A stretch of 57,883 bases of DNA, filler included, from Catajapyx aquilonaris (lineage: Eukaryota), in the NCBI GenBank assembly GCA_000934665.2. It is 2 parts of 2 records of this genome, joined end to end, with 100 filler letters (N's around TTAATTAATTAA, not from the genome) between each part and the next. Parts side by side here need not be neighbours in the genome. Positions count along the whole stretch, not along the records: positions 1 to 28,851 come from JYFJ02004862.1; 1 more part is not named here. One strand, given 5' to 3'. Numbering within the stretch: the stretch's first letter is position 1; each line of letters starts with the position of its first letter. The notes beneath the pieces are model-generated. The model saw only the letters and a program-made list of their open reading frames with translations, had not been told where the DNA came from and did no database searches. The position numbers and the translations under genes were made by a program. Positions 12,361 to 26,735 of the stretch are shown here, one piece after another.

Positions 12361-15114
12361 ATTTGCCAGCATACACTGTAAATAGAGAGGCAATCCATAA
12401 GTGAGATATGTTTCTAGTCCAAAACTGAGTTTAATTAATTTGTAATGGTTGTATCTGTGTGTGTGCTCCAATTAAGTTAACAATTGTGTTTTTAGCTGTA
12501 GTTCCACTCTGGAGAGTAATGTTGGCAGATCGGTCTGGAAATCTTGCCAATTTAGCCCTAGAGAATCCCTTAGCACTTTTCCAGACATGCGCCAGTTGAC
12601 CCTGTTTGGTGCTATGGCATAACTATAGGCCATCCATAGTATGGTATTATCGGGGAGTTTGTCGAATTTGGTGATAAGTTTAGCCACAGATTTGACTAAA
12701 TTTAATGTCAACGGAATTTGGGCAGTTTCCAAGTAAACAAAATATGATGCGGTGGTTTTTACACAACATAAATGTTAAGGGATCATACAAAATAGCCTAC
12801 ACACTCATTACAAACCTCTTTCGCATCTAACGTTGCCTCAAATGTAGCATATGCTGCTGCCTTCGCACCAGGGCAATTGAATTCCACTGTGGTGTTGTCA
12901 GCTACAAGACCCTCTACTCAGGAAGAATAATAGTATAAGCTCAGATAGTCGCACTCACCATCAAAAGAAATTATTCTTACCTGGGTTTGCAGAGACACAA
13001 GGATATTGCTCATCCATGAAGAGGCTGCAGAGTCTCTAAGCGTCTTGTTTCCTTCATCAGTGAGCTTTAATTGGCTCCAGTCGGCTGCCTTTTTTTCCTG
13101 CAGGTCATCATATGGAAAATTCTTCCATTCCTACAGAGCCATAGACTTTGTCAGGTCCTGCACAAAAACAAGGCACCCTGTTCAGTGTCTTATCTTGTGC
13201 CCCAGGACCTCGCAGAATTAGGTAGCAAAGCCATCATGACACCCGAATCCATGCAAAGAGCTGCTCAATATGTCCTTTCGCAAGGTGACAACACCATTAT
13301 AAATGGGACCTTTAAAGATAAAATTAGATGTTAGCTTCAACAGTCTGTGGATCTGTATGTGACACATGCTGTCATATGTACATTTCTGATAGAAAAATTT
13401 AATGTCACTTCTGATAAATGCCACTAATCGCTACTTCATGAACATGTGGGTTTATGACATTACCTTGTGACATTTTAGCGTAAATTATAGCCAACTCCTT
13501 TTTCTCTTGTCCGGCTCTCAACATGGATTACAAAGAGGCATCAGAAAATAATAACCTTGCCCATCTTTCTCTCCAACTTCATGTATAGGGCTTGTCATGC
13601 AAGGCATGTTGAGGGACGATGTGAAATGGATCAAATTTGTGTACCCTCCCCCTGCAGCAAGGACCACAGAGACTGTCACTGTCGGAGTGGATTGTTGTTA
13701 TTTTGTTGCGCATCGTGCATCGGAAGGTCCATAAGCAGTTGAGGCCCTCATTGTGGTCTTGGACCACCTCGTTATCTATGAACCGGCAGCTGAATGGCTC
13801 ATGTCGGTCACCCATGATTTGGCCAAACACATGAGCGGGCATATTCCGCGTCCTTGCAAGATTACTTCCAAGAATCCTGGGATAATGTCACCTTGCGCTG
13901 ACTGCTGCAGACACATCTGCTCCTCCAGGGCTTCACAACTCCATTGGCAGCACAGCTTTCTGGTTCAGGCAACATTTTGGAGTATTTTCTCTGCAGTTTC
14001 TACCTACTACAAAGTGGAAAAGAGTTGTGTTATCAGTAAGCATGTTGACAACTTGCTTGCACAATGTAGCACAAGTTCACCAGAGCAATGTTTACAGTAC
14101 GCATATAAAACTGCATAATTACAGCACAAGTAATGCTTCTGCGGATCAATCAGAAATTCTTCAAAGTCATATGCGCATGTTATTATGCTTTAGCCCTGTG
14201 GCTTAATGGTGCTAAGCAGTGTAGTACAAATGTTGACAAAATGCAAGCACCGCAGTGAATCATGCGGGCACGGCTGATCTCACCTGCAGGTCCGCTGCCT
14301 CCAGCACTTGCCGTCCTTGCCACCCCCCATTCTCCAGATCCAATCAAAGACCTTCTGGACATGATGACATCAAGCAGCATGAAGCTCTCGCAAAATGTTG
14401 AGGAGAAGGAAGGACGAGATGAAGAGAGAGGAAAAGGAGGTGAACAGCTCCCCCATGTTGGCCAGCCTGTGGGGACCCAATGGGCCCAAAATACAGCGTA
14501 GCAGCTACTCATTGGGAGTCCGTAGCTGCTTGCTGCTTCATTCTCGTGGCGGGAATCAACCAAATTCATGGAATCATGGAAGATTGATTCGTGTTCCATG
14601 AACCTGCGACTGGAAAAAAAAGCGTTCATGGCCTCGAGAAATAAAGAGCAAGGAATTATTAAATCGCATTGCATTTTAATAATGGTAAATGTGTATGAAA
14701 TATACACATGTTCAGAATATATTTGTGAGCAAAATAAAAAATAAAAAAATCATACAACGTTGCAAGTACGGTCGTATTACAAGATTCTGAAGTCATTTCA
14801 TACGTAAAAAGTGTCAGTACATGCGCAATTGAGGAATTTATAACAACAACAAATATGGGCATGAAAATACTATGTTATACACAAATGGACGGTTTGTTCC
14901 TTGGTCAAGACAGGAAGTTACATTTGAACATCACTTCTGACTATATGGCTCCTGCAAATATGTACTTTTGTACCAATGAGGAAAAATTTAAAAATATTTC
15001 CGATGAACTTGGCAGGTCGCAAAACCACATCGATATAGTTCCGATCATGCTTGACATAAGGTTCAGGCACGATATTTTAGCACTGTCACAATCCTGTTCT
15101 CACAAGTCTGCCAT

Positions 15115-16786
15115 CTACTTCTGCTGGAATGGGTGCGTGATGAACGTCATCTGCAGAGCATCCTTAGGAATAACTCGCTTTTCCTAGATGTGAAAAATAA
15201 GGATAAATAATCACGATGAACTAAAAAACCGACAAATCGCGAGTCAAGTCACATATTCAGTGTAGGCCACATTAATTTTGTCAGTCATAAGGGCAATTCA
15301 TAGACTCTTCCCTCCTCAAAAATTACAAAAATCATTACGTATTTTAATGTCAATTTCTCTCTGTAGCTTCACTCGTCTAATTACAAACTTTTCTGGCTCT
15401 ATTCTGCCGAATAATATGTATGTTTTCCTTATATTGGACCTCCATCATGGCACAATGTGTGGTATAGCACAGAAGATATTGCACTCTATTATTATTTTCT
15501 CGGCACTTACCGGATCCATCTGGCAGCAGCTCCAGAGGAATTCAGCAAAATGGGAGTCGGAGATGTCACCAGAGCCTCGGATGACACATTCTTCCTGGAT
15601 CGCTGTCGCTGCCCTTCCAGTGGTGTCCGGTTCCTGGAAATATTTACATATCCGTTCAATTTAATAATCGCAGCATGCGGGCGGTTTGTACATAATAAGG
15701 AGGATATATTATTTTGAAATAATTATATACCTTTAGCTGGTACCGTCTCTCCTCCATGTCGAAGTCGTAGTACTGGTTGGAATAAATGGCCTCGTGCAGC
15801 ATTCCAGTGGGCACCTCGCCGAAGAGGTTGACCATCATGTGCATGGCCAGCAGGTCGTCCAGGGGGTCACAGGGCGAGAACATGGGGCAGTGCATCCCAA
15901 AGTACATCGTTGCACACATGCCACCCAGGGCATACATGTCGGAGGCCTCGGTCATACCCGCGCCTATACATAAGAAACAGGGCGCAATCGTGAGTCCAAT
16001 ATTCAGCACAATGGCCACTAAATGGACCAGGAGTACAAGACACTTACCGAGGTATATTTCGGGTGCACGGTTGGGGAAGCTCTGAAGCATGAAAGCACCT
16101 GTGTAGGCAGAGGCTGACTGCTTGAAGATGGCCAGTCCAAAGTCGGCCAACTTCACTGTCCAGCACCTGGGATTGACCAGGACGTTGTCCAGTTTGATGT
16201 CCGAGTGGATCACACTCTTGTCCTGCAGGGGGAAATTGACATTAACTATCAGGAAACATGTGACATCCGCAACACGGCAACAGTGGCAAGAGGGGTGACC
16301 TATACTGACCTTGAGCCATCCGAGGGCAATGAGCAGCTGCCTGGCCACGTTTGAGATCTGGAAGATGGTAAGCCTCTTGTTAGGCCGCATCTTGAGCAGA
16401 TGCCAGAGGTTGGTGGGCATGAGCTCCATGACCATGCAGTGGAGACCTCGATGCTCGAAGTGGTCCAGCATCCTCACGATGTGGTGACCCTCGTCCTCCA
16501 GCACGTCCTTGGTCGCATCTCGCCTGAAGAAGAGCCCGATGCAGTCCAACTTCTTTCCGAATCCCCCACTGACCCTCTGCAGCTTCTTCATGGCGCTGAC
16601 CTCTCTGCACCACGCGCTGGAGGAGCTCTGCACCTTGAGGGCAGCCACCGTCTGTTGACCCTTGTCCGACCTGGTGCACTTGAACACCTCTCCGTACCCT
16701 CCCTTGCCAAGACTCTCTCCGACGATGTACCTGCCACCCTTTGGAGCTGGGACAGCCTCAAGGTACACCACCGTCTCGTCGTTCAG
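15115..16786 (-). CDS. Divergent HIPK/DYRK-like CMGC protein kinase, paralogue B (5 coding exons found; upstream exon not identified)
   Basis: Exons 16786-16310, 16222-16048, 15963-15731, 15633-15511 and 15183-15115, with the same intron positions and phases as A and C. Motifs: LGKGGYGEV, AALK, HSDIKLDN, DFG, LQSFPNRAPEIYLG, SDMYALG, FLWSCCQMDPEKRVIPKDAL; stop TAG. Confidence 0.85.
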
Positions 16787-17504
16787 CTGTGCAAGCAAAT
16801 ATAAATAATTTTAGAGATGGACGCACCAACTCATTGCAAATTTCATTTTAATTTTCGAAAGTGTATGGATTTGTTGTACAGGTTTTATTACTTGGCACAG
16901 AGGCGATTACCACCGTTCATTTCCCCCCACCCCAGTGAGTCAGCACACGACCAGTCGCACAATTTGTCCCCACAGCAAGGCACCAGATAAGACCCCCTTA
17001 ATCTCTCCAGCTGCCCACCACCAGAGAAAGGTGCCGTAAAAATATCACAAAATATGTCTACCTTCAGACGGTGACTAAAATGAGGCAATAAGTGGGCAAT
17101 AGGTGTCCTTTGTTTCAAAACTGGTTTCATGGCGCCGGGATTATGCTGGAGGCAACAACTGGTCTTTGCCCACAATGAAATGAACCCAGTCATAAATCAG
17201 CTAATACTAACTTGTTGCATGTTGCTGATATAATTTGCATTATTTGGTATCAGTACTTGCAAGTCCGCCCCCACTTATTTTTTTATGGTCTTTGTAATGA
17301 AATAATTTTTCCCTTAGTTTTTGACTCAAAAAGCGGCTGAGTGCTACATGCATTTGTGACGTCGATGCATTTAAACAACTATCAACCACGCTTAAAACCA
17401 AAGCGTCTTTCGCTAACTGGAAATTAATTCCCAACTAAACGAAATTTGCAGTCAACAAATTGGGTGTTTGGAGACTATTGGCCTAATGTACACCACAATT
17501 ATTA

Positions 17505-20500
17505 TTAAATAACCAGGAATCAGTTACGCCGTTTTTAGCGGGGATACTGGCGTGAAAATAGGCCCTTTGCCAGTCTGCGATCGATTACTGCGTCAGCTGA
17601 TTAACACAACTAATTAAAAAATCACCAAAGCAGTTTTTTACAGGGATGGACCAAACCTTTGCAACAGGCATTCTTCCAGGGGTTGAGGCACAGCAGGACA
17701 CACACCAGATGACCAGAGCGATAGGAGAGCACTACAAATGACTGTTATGACTATCCAGTGTCCTCAGTTGGAATAACCAACCCCTCTTAACTTTCTCCCC
17801 CACACCGCCCCTCCCCCCTTCTGACTCATTGTCTCCAGTAAGTGCAGAAGACAAGAGGCCGCAATGCATGTATTTGCGGGTGACCTTGAGGAACTGGCCC
17901 GGAAGGAAAGGCATTTTTCAGCAACAAACAAGGTGCTTTTCGGTATGAATTTTGGGTCGGTTGTTAATATTGAAGCATGGTATACCCCGGGTCCATTATT
18001 TGGGTCTTATACAGTTATACTTACGAGGTGGTACAACGACTACCACAATTCAATGAGGGAGTCAACTGTCCCGCTTTTTGCAGCTTCCCGCAGGATGACC
18101 AATTTGACGAGCGAATGCGGAATTTTCTGACTGCATTTTTTTAAAAGGGTTTATTGTTGCCATTACACCGCTGACAGGATAAGAGTTTTTAACAATGCAG
18201 TACACACCCTCTGGCCCCTGCCATCTAAGCATCCCGCTGAACAAGAGAGGCTGATTGGTAGTCCTCGACACTCAGGATAAAGCATCACTCGCAGGCCCAC
18301 TCAATGGCCATTTCATTCGGATTGATTTCTTATTATTTTCGGATTTATTTTGAAATCTTCATTTCTTAAAGGTAATGAAAAGGTACTAGTTAATGTGAAA
18401 CGCCGTAAAGTGGAGCGTCTTAAATGTAACTTACCGTGCGGGTGTTTCTTCATTGAAGATCACAATAAGTCCATCCTGTCAAGCTGTATGCCATCAAATG
18501 CCACTTTATGCATGGGAAAAGTTTGGAAAGGTTGGCTATGCTGAATTATTTGTATCTCAAGTCAATATCTTTTGCACAATAATCCTTTTTCCATACATAA
18601 ACGTGGGGTTGTGATTCAATGTGGAGTTAAAAGCAAAAAAAAAAAAGGAAATGTGAAATCAAACACTGCATTTAATGCAACAATGGTAAAGAAAAAAGTA
18701 ACTGTGAAAGTAACTGAAGAGCACCCTAATTGAATTTTTGCATAATTGCAAAAATCTTACCATACAAACATATCTGACAAGAATGTCTTCTACATGCCCA
18801 CACATTCTGTACAATTACCTAAGCAGTTAGAAAATTACAACATTTAATATTATATAACACCGGTATAAAACAATCATTCAATCCATTCAGTAGATCAGCA
18901 TTGTAGTAAAATCCTGAGTAGCAAAACTTGTGTACTTTAAAATCCGACCAATATACAGGCATTGTCAATAAATCCATACACTTCGTGTGAAACAGAGTCG
19001 ATTAAAAATCACACACAATATTTCAGTCCTTCACAATATGATCACAAAAAATCCACAAACATCAGTGTGAATTTAAAACACCCTTCCAGACATTTCAGGC
19101 TTGGAATTCTTACCACATTCAAACAGTTTCACATTAATTGGCCTAGCACCAGTCATAAATGTGACAATCACATTACAAAAGGCAATTTCAACTTCATTCC
19201 TTTGGATTTAAACCTTACAGGCTAGTTTACCATTGAAGGTAGATGAGCTACCAAGGGAGCAATACTTGTTTTGCATGACTCATTCATTGTTGCGAACTAT
19301 GAATACTGTTAAATCAACCAGGGATAACTCATCTACCTTCAGTGGAACAACCGGACTTCAGTCATATTAACTTAGTAGGATACAAGCATTGAATGACAAA
19401 TTCAAGCCAAAGGTTCAAGCAACAACAAAATGTGAGTGACTCAAGTTTGCATTGCTTGGAATACATCATCACCAGGAGTGATTGGGCATATTTCTCAGCT
19501 TTCCTTAAAAGCAAGAAGCTATACCAACATCTGCTGTAGATTTGACAAGAACACACAGCATGTACTCGAATGTGTGCCTTAATACTTTCGCACATAGTTC
19601 AACTTGAAATCCTATGCCCTGCAGGAGGTACACATTACACATTTCACTCGTATTCCAGACACAGCACAAAATAATGTTACACAGTTACGTAAATGACGAC
19701 CAGTCATTAACACTCTATTAACACAGATTCAGTGACTTGTCCGTAGTTATCGGGCAGATAATGCATCTTGGCAAAATCACCTTTGCTCCTATGCAGGGTT
19801 AACATCCCTTGACACCTTAGGCAGACCCCTTGATGTAAGGCATCTGCAGGCCTTCCTTCGGAGTGAGACGCCTCTCCTGCAAAATTAGAATCAAATATTA
19901 GTTTGGTGAACTGGACTTCTCTGATGACTTATCTGAAAGCTGCTGTATTAAAAGCACTTTCTTAAAATAATATGCAATTTGAATTCCCACACAACAACCA
20001 TTCAAAGTAACCTCAGAATGAAAGTTTCAATACAATTTGAAGAGAATTCCCATTGTACTCTTAAAACCCAACACCTAATGTCTATGTCACTTCATCAACT
20101 AGGGTTCATCCAGCACTTGTGTTGCCAGTACTTCATCTTAGATTTCCCCAATAAGAAAAATGACTTACTGGATGAACATCCATGCACGAGTAGAAGAACC
20201 TTTCAAAGTTTCGGTCTTGGTCACCCGGTGAAGCCCATGGTCCACTGAGAAGGGCACGTTTGCGAGCGGCATAAGCGTCACGATGCATCTAGGAACGACA
20301 AAGAAAATAATTAAGGCAACAAAGTCAGGGGAATATGAATGGTGTTCAACAATATATGACTAAAAGCACACATAATTTCTGGTGTTGCAATATTTTACCT
20401 GACTAATATGCTTATGCTTAACATACTGTACACAGAAAATTAACATTTGCCAAGACAGTATGAAGGCATTTCTAATGGCAAAATGAAAAATATTCCAACA

Positions 20501-23500
20501 TTGATGGTTTACAAAGACATTAAACTGATGAACAAAATGCTGATAAAGTAATCAACAAAATAATTATTATAATTAAAGATAAGTTCATGATAATTAGAAA
20601 ATATATTTTAGACGTGAGGAAAATAATTGCTTATTAAATAAACGACAACAACATGCCAACCAAATATTCAGTGAATGTCACCTAGACCTTGGCATGTCCT
20701 TCTGAATGGCAACAACAAGCCTTTGCCTTATTGACCTCAGCATGCACTACTTTGAATGACTAAAAATTTTCAAGACAACTTACTTTCAGCTGGAACTCTC
20801 CGTTGGTCTCCGTGTAGTACATTCTGGTGTGCCTCCCTGCCGTAAGGACCTTGTTGGGGAGGTCCCCGCGGAAGAAGGTCCAAAGATGAAGCTTGTGGAG
20901 TGGGGGGCAATGTGCAAAAAGACTGCACTCGGTGCCATAAAACATCATCCCGCACATAATGCCAAGGGACCACATGTCAACAGATTCGTCAAATGGTGCA
21001 CCTGCGAAATAATACATTTTTTAGAATCGGCCTGTTTTATGCAAAGAAACCAGGGACAATAAAGACCATCAAATCTCTCTCTTACCAACATAAATCTCAG
21101 GAGCTCTGAAGGCGATGGGGACAACATCTAGACCCACATATTTCTTCGCTTCACTGCGATGCATGCACCAACCAAAATCTGCCAGCTTGACCCTCCAACT
21201 CGTCTGACTGGTATCAACTAGGGTGTTATCTGGCTTGATGTCACAATGTACCATACCCTTTTCCTGAAAATGACAATATATTGACGATTAGAATGTATGT
21301 AAACAATGAGATAAACCTTCCATCAAAGGCCTTGCCACATATCACACAGGGGATGCACTTTCAAAATTGCAAAGCAACATGCAGTGTGTACTAAGGTTGG
21401 CAAAGCATGGGCATTACACACATTTAAGTTAAGCTACCTCTTATAAGATGATCATTCTGGGTCCAATTGCCAGTGATTCTCAATTAACAGACCCAACCTC
21501 TCCAGTCTAAAATCTATGCCTGAATAATCTGCATTTCCGAATAAGACCCATTGCCTTTTGCACGAATTAAGTGGCAGTTGATTACATTATTTAGCCATTA
21601 CCGTAAACAACCATATTATCAGTGTACTCTGCTTACCTTGAGCCAATCAAGTGCCACCAGGAGCTGTCTTGCCACGTTCGAAACCTGTGGGGATGTCAAC
21701 TTGTGTTCAGGTTGCTGTTGTAGAACCATCCACAAGTCTGTGGGCATCGACTCCATCAGCAAGCAGTGGAGCTGACCGTGTTTGAACCAACCCAGGAACT
21801 TGACAATGTTGTGCTTCTCCTCCTCCTCTCCATCGTTTGCCTCAATCGGCTGGCCTGCATGTGGTCGGGAGTTAAGGGGCATCCCCACGTACTGCATGAC
21901 GGCCGCCTCTCTGGTGCATGACTTCTCATCCATCTGCGCCTTGACAACTGCCACCTTGTGAGGTAGGCTCTCGTCCAGTTGGTTTTCATCTTTCCTCATG
22001 CACCTAAACACCTCTCCAAATGTGCCTGCTCCCAGGCATCTCAGCAAGGTGTACTTGACTCCACCGTTGGCTTGAATGACCTGTCCAGTGGCCAATCCAC
22101 TCTTGAAGCCCTGCAACATATTAATAAAGATGGGTTTTAAGGTACCGTCTCAAACAGAGACCTGTTCACGCATATTTAGCACATCAAATATCTCCTAACG
22201 GACGTGAGAAAAGAGAAGTACACTACTCCTCAATCATACTGGTTAATAAAAATGATGCAAATATATTTTACACAACCAATGCATGTAACCATGATTTTGT
22301 TTGATTAGGAAGGAACCAAAGCAACTATTTGGCTTTCTATCTTTGCATGCACTAAATATGGCTTTGGGTCATGGGTTACAGGATTTGTCACATTCTCAGA
22401 AAATGCCTGGAAAAAATTGCTGTGAGAACCAATCACACATAATATATGGAGCAAAGCAACAAGTAGTTTTGGAACAGTGTCACATTAATACTTAAAAATA
22501 TTAAAAATGCTGAACTGGCTGGAAACACTGGAGCAGGCTACTTTAATTTTATTTACACTTTTGAGCCAAACATCATGCCCTTCCTAAACCCTCCCCCTTG
22601 CCCCCCGACCTAGATGACGTGTTTTTGTCCAGATAAGCTTTCAAAATACCCCAAGGGCCCACGCCTGCTCCCCCTCCCCCAGAAAACGTCACTTCTTTTG
22701 TCTTACAAGCAGTGCACATTTCCCAATATCCTGAAATCCATTACCAACACGTTTACTCCATGATCTGACTATTCAGCACTTGGCTTATGGTTGCCTAAAT
22801 AATTACATGCCTATCCTACTCCATTCTCGCCATTATACTACACCAGTTTTAAAATTATTTCGCAAATGATAATTTCGTCTGGAATTTAACCACAATAAAA
22901 GCAGTTCAGACCGCACAATTATTTACTTGATATCACAAACCGCCAGAAACTATTTTTCGGATATAAAGGCGACAGAAAAACTGTCGGCAACAGCCGATTT
23001 TTCGTCCGAAAAATTTTCCTGCCCCCTGTGCAACCCGAGACGTAAATGCCTGGAAAAAAAAGCGCGACCAACCTGATGACGCTGACGTGCCTGAGACTGT
23101 GCCATGGTTCCGACCGACACCCAAAAGCGACGAGAAAATTCGAGGCTGTCGCAATGTCGCGCAGGAAATCTCCGGATGATTGCTCGAAGAGAAGTCAAGA
23201 GTTCCCAAGCACTCGAACAGATCTCAGAAAAAACTCGCGAAAATCTTCACCTTTGACCGCAGAAGGAACAAAGCACGCCTTCACTTGACCTGAGCTCCCG
23301 GAGAAGTGGCCAGCGAATGAGCAGTGGTCAACTCCCTCGGACACACCCAGGTCAGGTCCTTCCCTGCCAATCGCAGGAGGGACCCAAAGGGTGGGCTCAA
23401 AGGGGGAGGTCAAGTGAAAGTACTGCTAATCCGAAACATTCCTCTACAGTTACAGTACTTGAAGTCTATTTAGAAAAAAACAGGGGTTTTTCTCAAGTTC

Positions 23501-23660
23501 CCCCAACTTTGTCCTTTTGCAACCAAAAGTACTTTTGTTGCTGGCCGATATAATGCAGTTTGATGTTTCATGAAACAATGGAAAAATACGAGAGAATCGT
23601 TTTAGGCTACATCCTAAAACGCAGGCGGCACAATGGCGACAATATATTTCTCACACTAGG
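17505..23660. repeat. Segmental duplication copy 2 (paralogue of ~2330-8840)
   Basis: Collinear similarity to copy 1 at an offset of about 14.5-15.2 kb. Confidence 0.9.
19817..22110 (-). CDS. Divergent HIPK/DYRK-like CMGC protein kinase, paralogue C (duplicate of A)
   Basis: Exons 22110-21637, 21263-21086, 21001-20784, 20288-20169 and 19876-19817. Motifs: LGAGTFGEV, VAVVK, HCDIKPDN, DFG, FRAPEIYVGAPFDESVDMWSLG, VHPERRLTPKEGL; stop TAA. Confidence 0.85.
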
Positions 23661-26050
23661 CATGTATAATATCAATTGTAACCACATTGTTCACAACCAG
23701 ACTTTATATGAGCGTTTGGTATTTCAGGCACAACTCTTCCACACACCTAGCTTGAAAATCATCCTTCATATTTGCGTGAATCAATTAGGCATCAATTGCA
23801 AGAAAAATTCACCTAATCATTCTGTAAGACTGCAATCTCAGATGTAACTCATTTAAAAAAAACTAAAAGAAACGTTGATTGAGAATAACCTCATCGAGGG
23901 CCTCCTTACTGGCAACTAGCAAGATTACTTGCGCATAACCCATCTATAGTTGAGTCACATAAATTTTATGGCTAGTTATTGCATAGAATCCGGCAACGAA
24001 TCCACATTCATGGCAAATGGATTCCTCGGGATTCCCCATCAAATTCCAAACTGTATTAACTTATCCATGGTGGAATCTGGAAAATAGTGGGGCAGCGCCA
24101 TTATGAACACTGAAATGCTATCCACAACTTCGACTATTGTGAGTTTGTGACTTTGAATTTGGACCTATACTATCCGACATGCACTATATTCATAATGGCG
24201 GTGGAATCCAGCATACGGAAGGAGTATCATTTATGACTGCTAATTTCCTTTGGGAAATGCATGCATGGAATCCTGTTCACTCAGCAATGAAAAATGAAAA
24301 TGTCTGGAAAATGTTAAACTTGAAAAAGAAATGTTGAAATGTTAAACCTAACTAAAGTAAGTGCAGCATCTTGGAGCCACCATAAACTATCTTGAAAATT
24401 TGAGTGCCCAGAGTCACCTTATTAGGAATTTGAAGAGATTTGGTGACTAGAAGAACTGAAAATGATGATACATTAAGACTAGTCCATCCCATTGGATAAA
24501 CCATATTGAATTTAGGAAATATATCTGCAGATTCAAGTTGAACATTCACTGGGAATCACTCCTGCTTCCATTTTGATGGGGGGAAGGGGGCAGTTGGAAA
24601 ATAAATTTCAATAAGCTCGTGAGCTTGAATGACAACCAGAGACCTGGACTACCAGCCACGGCAATTTACTGACAGTGTCCTCAAGTGCCCTAACTTCTGC
24701 CTTATTAGTCCATGTGACCAACACTATCTGCCTGGCATGGCATTTTCCTGGCGGGATACGGGTAGGCCTGCCTGGCTCACCTCTCGTTCACGTCCAACAC
24801 CTGCTGCACTTGAACAATAGCTGCAAGTTTGTGCCTACCCATCCTCTACAGTACTGGAAGGATCGAGTACCTGATCATGCCATCTTTACCCTGTGTGTCG
24901 CATGACGTCGAAACTGTAGCTCCGCAAAACTTATTTTCCTCCAGCCAGCGTATATGATCAAAAAATATATCAGCATTGTGATTAATGAATGAAGTCGGTT
25001 TATAAAAGCGGATTCCCTAAAAGGCCATGGACCTATCACAGGATAACCATCTCCATTATCATCATCACCCACGCATAAACAGATGTGAGTAAAGGGACCA
25101 TAACTTGCTTATGATTGTCAAACAAGCGATGGTCATTGGATCTGTATGGATGAAGCCACATACAGACTTTCTAAAATGAAACATTTCTTTAAAATTATGT
25201 GTTTCCAATCTCATATTGAAATGGCTACGTAAATGTAAGCAAACTAACAAGTAAATGGGACCTGTTTCAGACTTCAAAAACAAGATTTGGTACTGGGTCA
25301 GGCAAATCAGCCATGTGCATGCACCAATGCGTATTTTAAAAAATTATTCAGGTACAAACAAACAACAAAAATATGTTTAAAAAATGCACACAAACCAGAA
25401 ACAAATATGTTGCAAGTGGCTCAGGCCAGATTCACTGCCATTGTCTTCCGTGGTAGATTGGTAGTGGCAAGCATCGGCCCAACGCACTTCAGCATTCCAG
25501 TCTCAATGTCCCTCTTGGTTGTTGTAATGCAGCTTAAGTTCATTCTACACGTAGTCTTGTTCGATGGAATTACATTGGCAGCAGTGAGTGGAAAGGCAGC
25601 ACATTGGGTAGCATCAATATTTATCTTTCATGTACCTAAAACATAATAATGAGTCAGAAACAAGTACCAATGGTGTAACTATAATGAAACCTGCCTATGG
25701 CAGACTCTTGAAACAGCAGAAACTTACCTACAGTGGGAAAACTTCCTCTCAAGGTGGGAACTCAACATAATGGTCAGCAGATGCTCGTGTCAGGACTACA
25801 TGGTGACATACATACACTGCATTACACATAGTACTGAATATCCACTGTATTATTTGTACAACCCAATTACGTATTTCAGTACACAAAAATATTGCACTTT
25901 GATCAGTATAAATTTAGAGAAGTTGTCTCTCAGTACCAGTTGTCAGTCTTTGGCATGTACTGATGTACAGTACTCCTCATTCATAAAGAAGTGCATTATT
26001 GCTCAATGCATGATCCTGCATTAAGCTTAGTTTCGAATGTGACAGAGAGT

Positions 26051-26144
26051 GTACTATGGGCGCCAAAAGAATTGACCGGAGTTGATGGGTATAAGGCGCT
26101 ATATACCCATCAACTCCGGTCAATTCTTTTGGCGCCCATAGTAC
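26051..26144. repeat. Perfect 43-bp inverted repeat with an 8-nt loop (probably a minimal TA-flanked MITE)
   Basis: gtactatgggcgccaaaagaattgaccggagttgatgggtata (26051-26093) is the exact reverse complement of 26102-26144. Confidence 0.9.
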
Positions 26145-26735
26145 CATGCCTTCAGCAGCAACCAACACCAATAATGACTTATACCTTGCTTATACCAAGA
26201 GCTTGCATATACTGGCCCTTATGGAGGTCCCCATGCACTGCATGTTGGCACTTGAGGAGATTCAAATTCATGAAATCTTTCATCAGATTATTGAATCTGC
26301 ACTGTCAATTTAAAATATTTATAAGTTGGTCATGTATCTTATACTGGGATTGATTTATTTGCTTAGATCAAGTTCTCTGAAGTCTGTTTGCACATCACAT
26401 AAGGCTGCAACATGAATAAGTTAGTCATCCTGTACTTTTGTAAATATCTTGAAGAATTGTAAGAAATAAAACCAGAAGAATGGTGCTATATGTGCATCAG
26501 GTTGGTATTGCATCAAAATAATTATTAAAACACTGAGCATTCCAGTTGCACATTAGAAACCTGATAGCTGTACATAACAATATGCTTTTGACTAATAATT
26601 TCCTCAGCTTCATCCCTCACTCACAATTATCATAGTTATCATAATTTGGATTCAAGTAACACCTCTTTTGTTCTATGCAGACACAGAGTATAAGCTGGCA
26701 CGACTTAAATATTTGACAACATGTCTTTAATAAGT

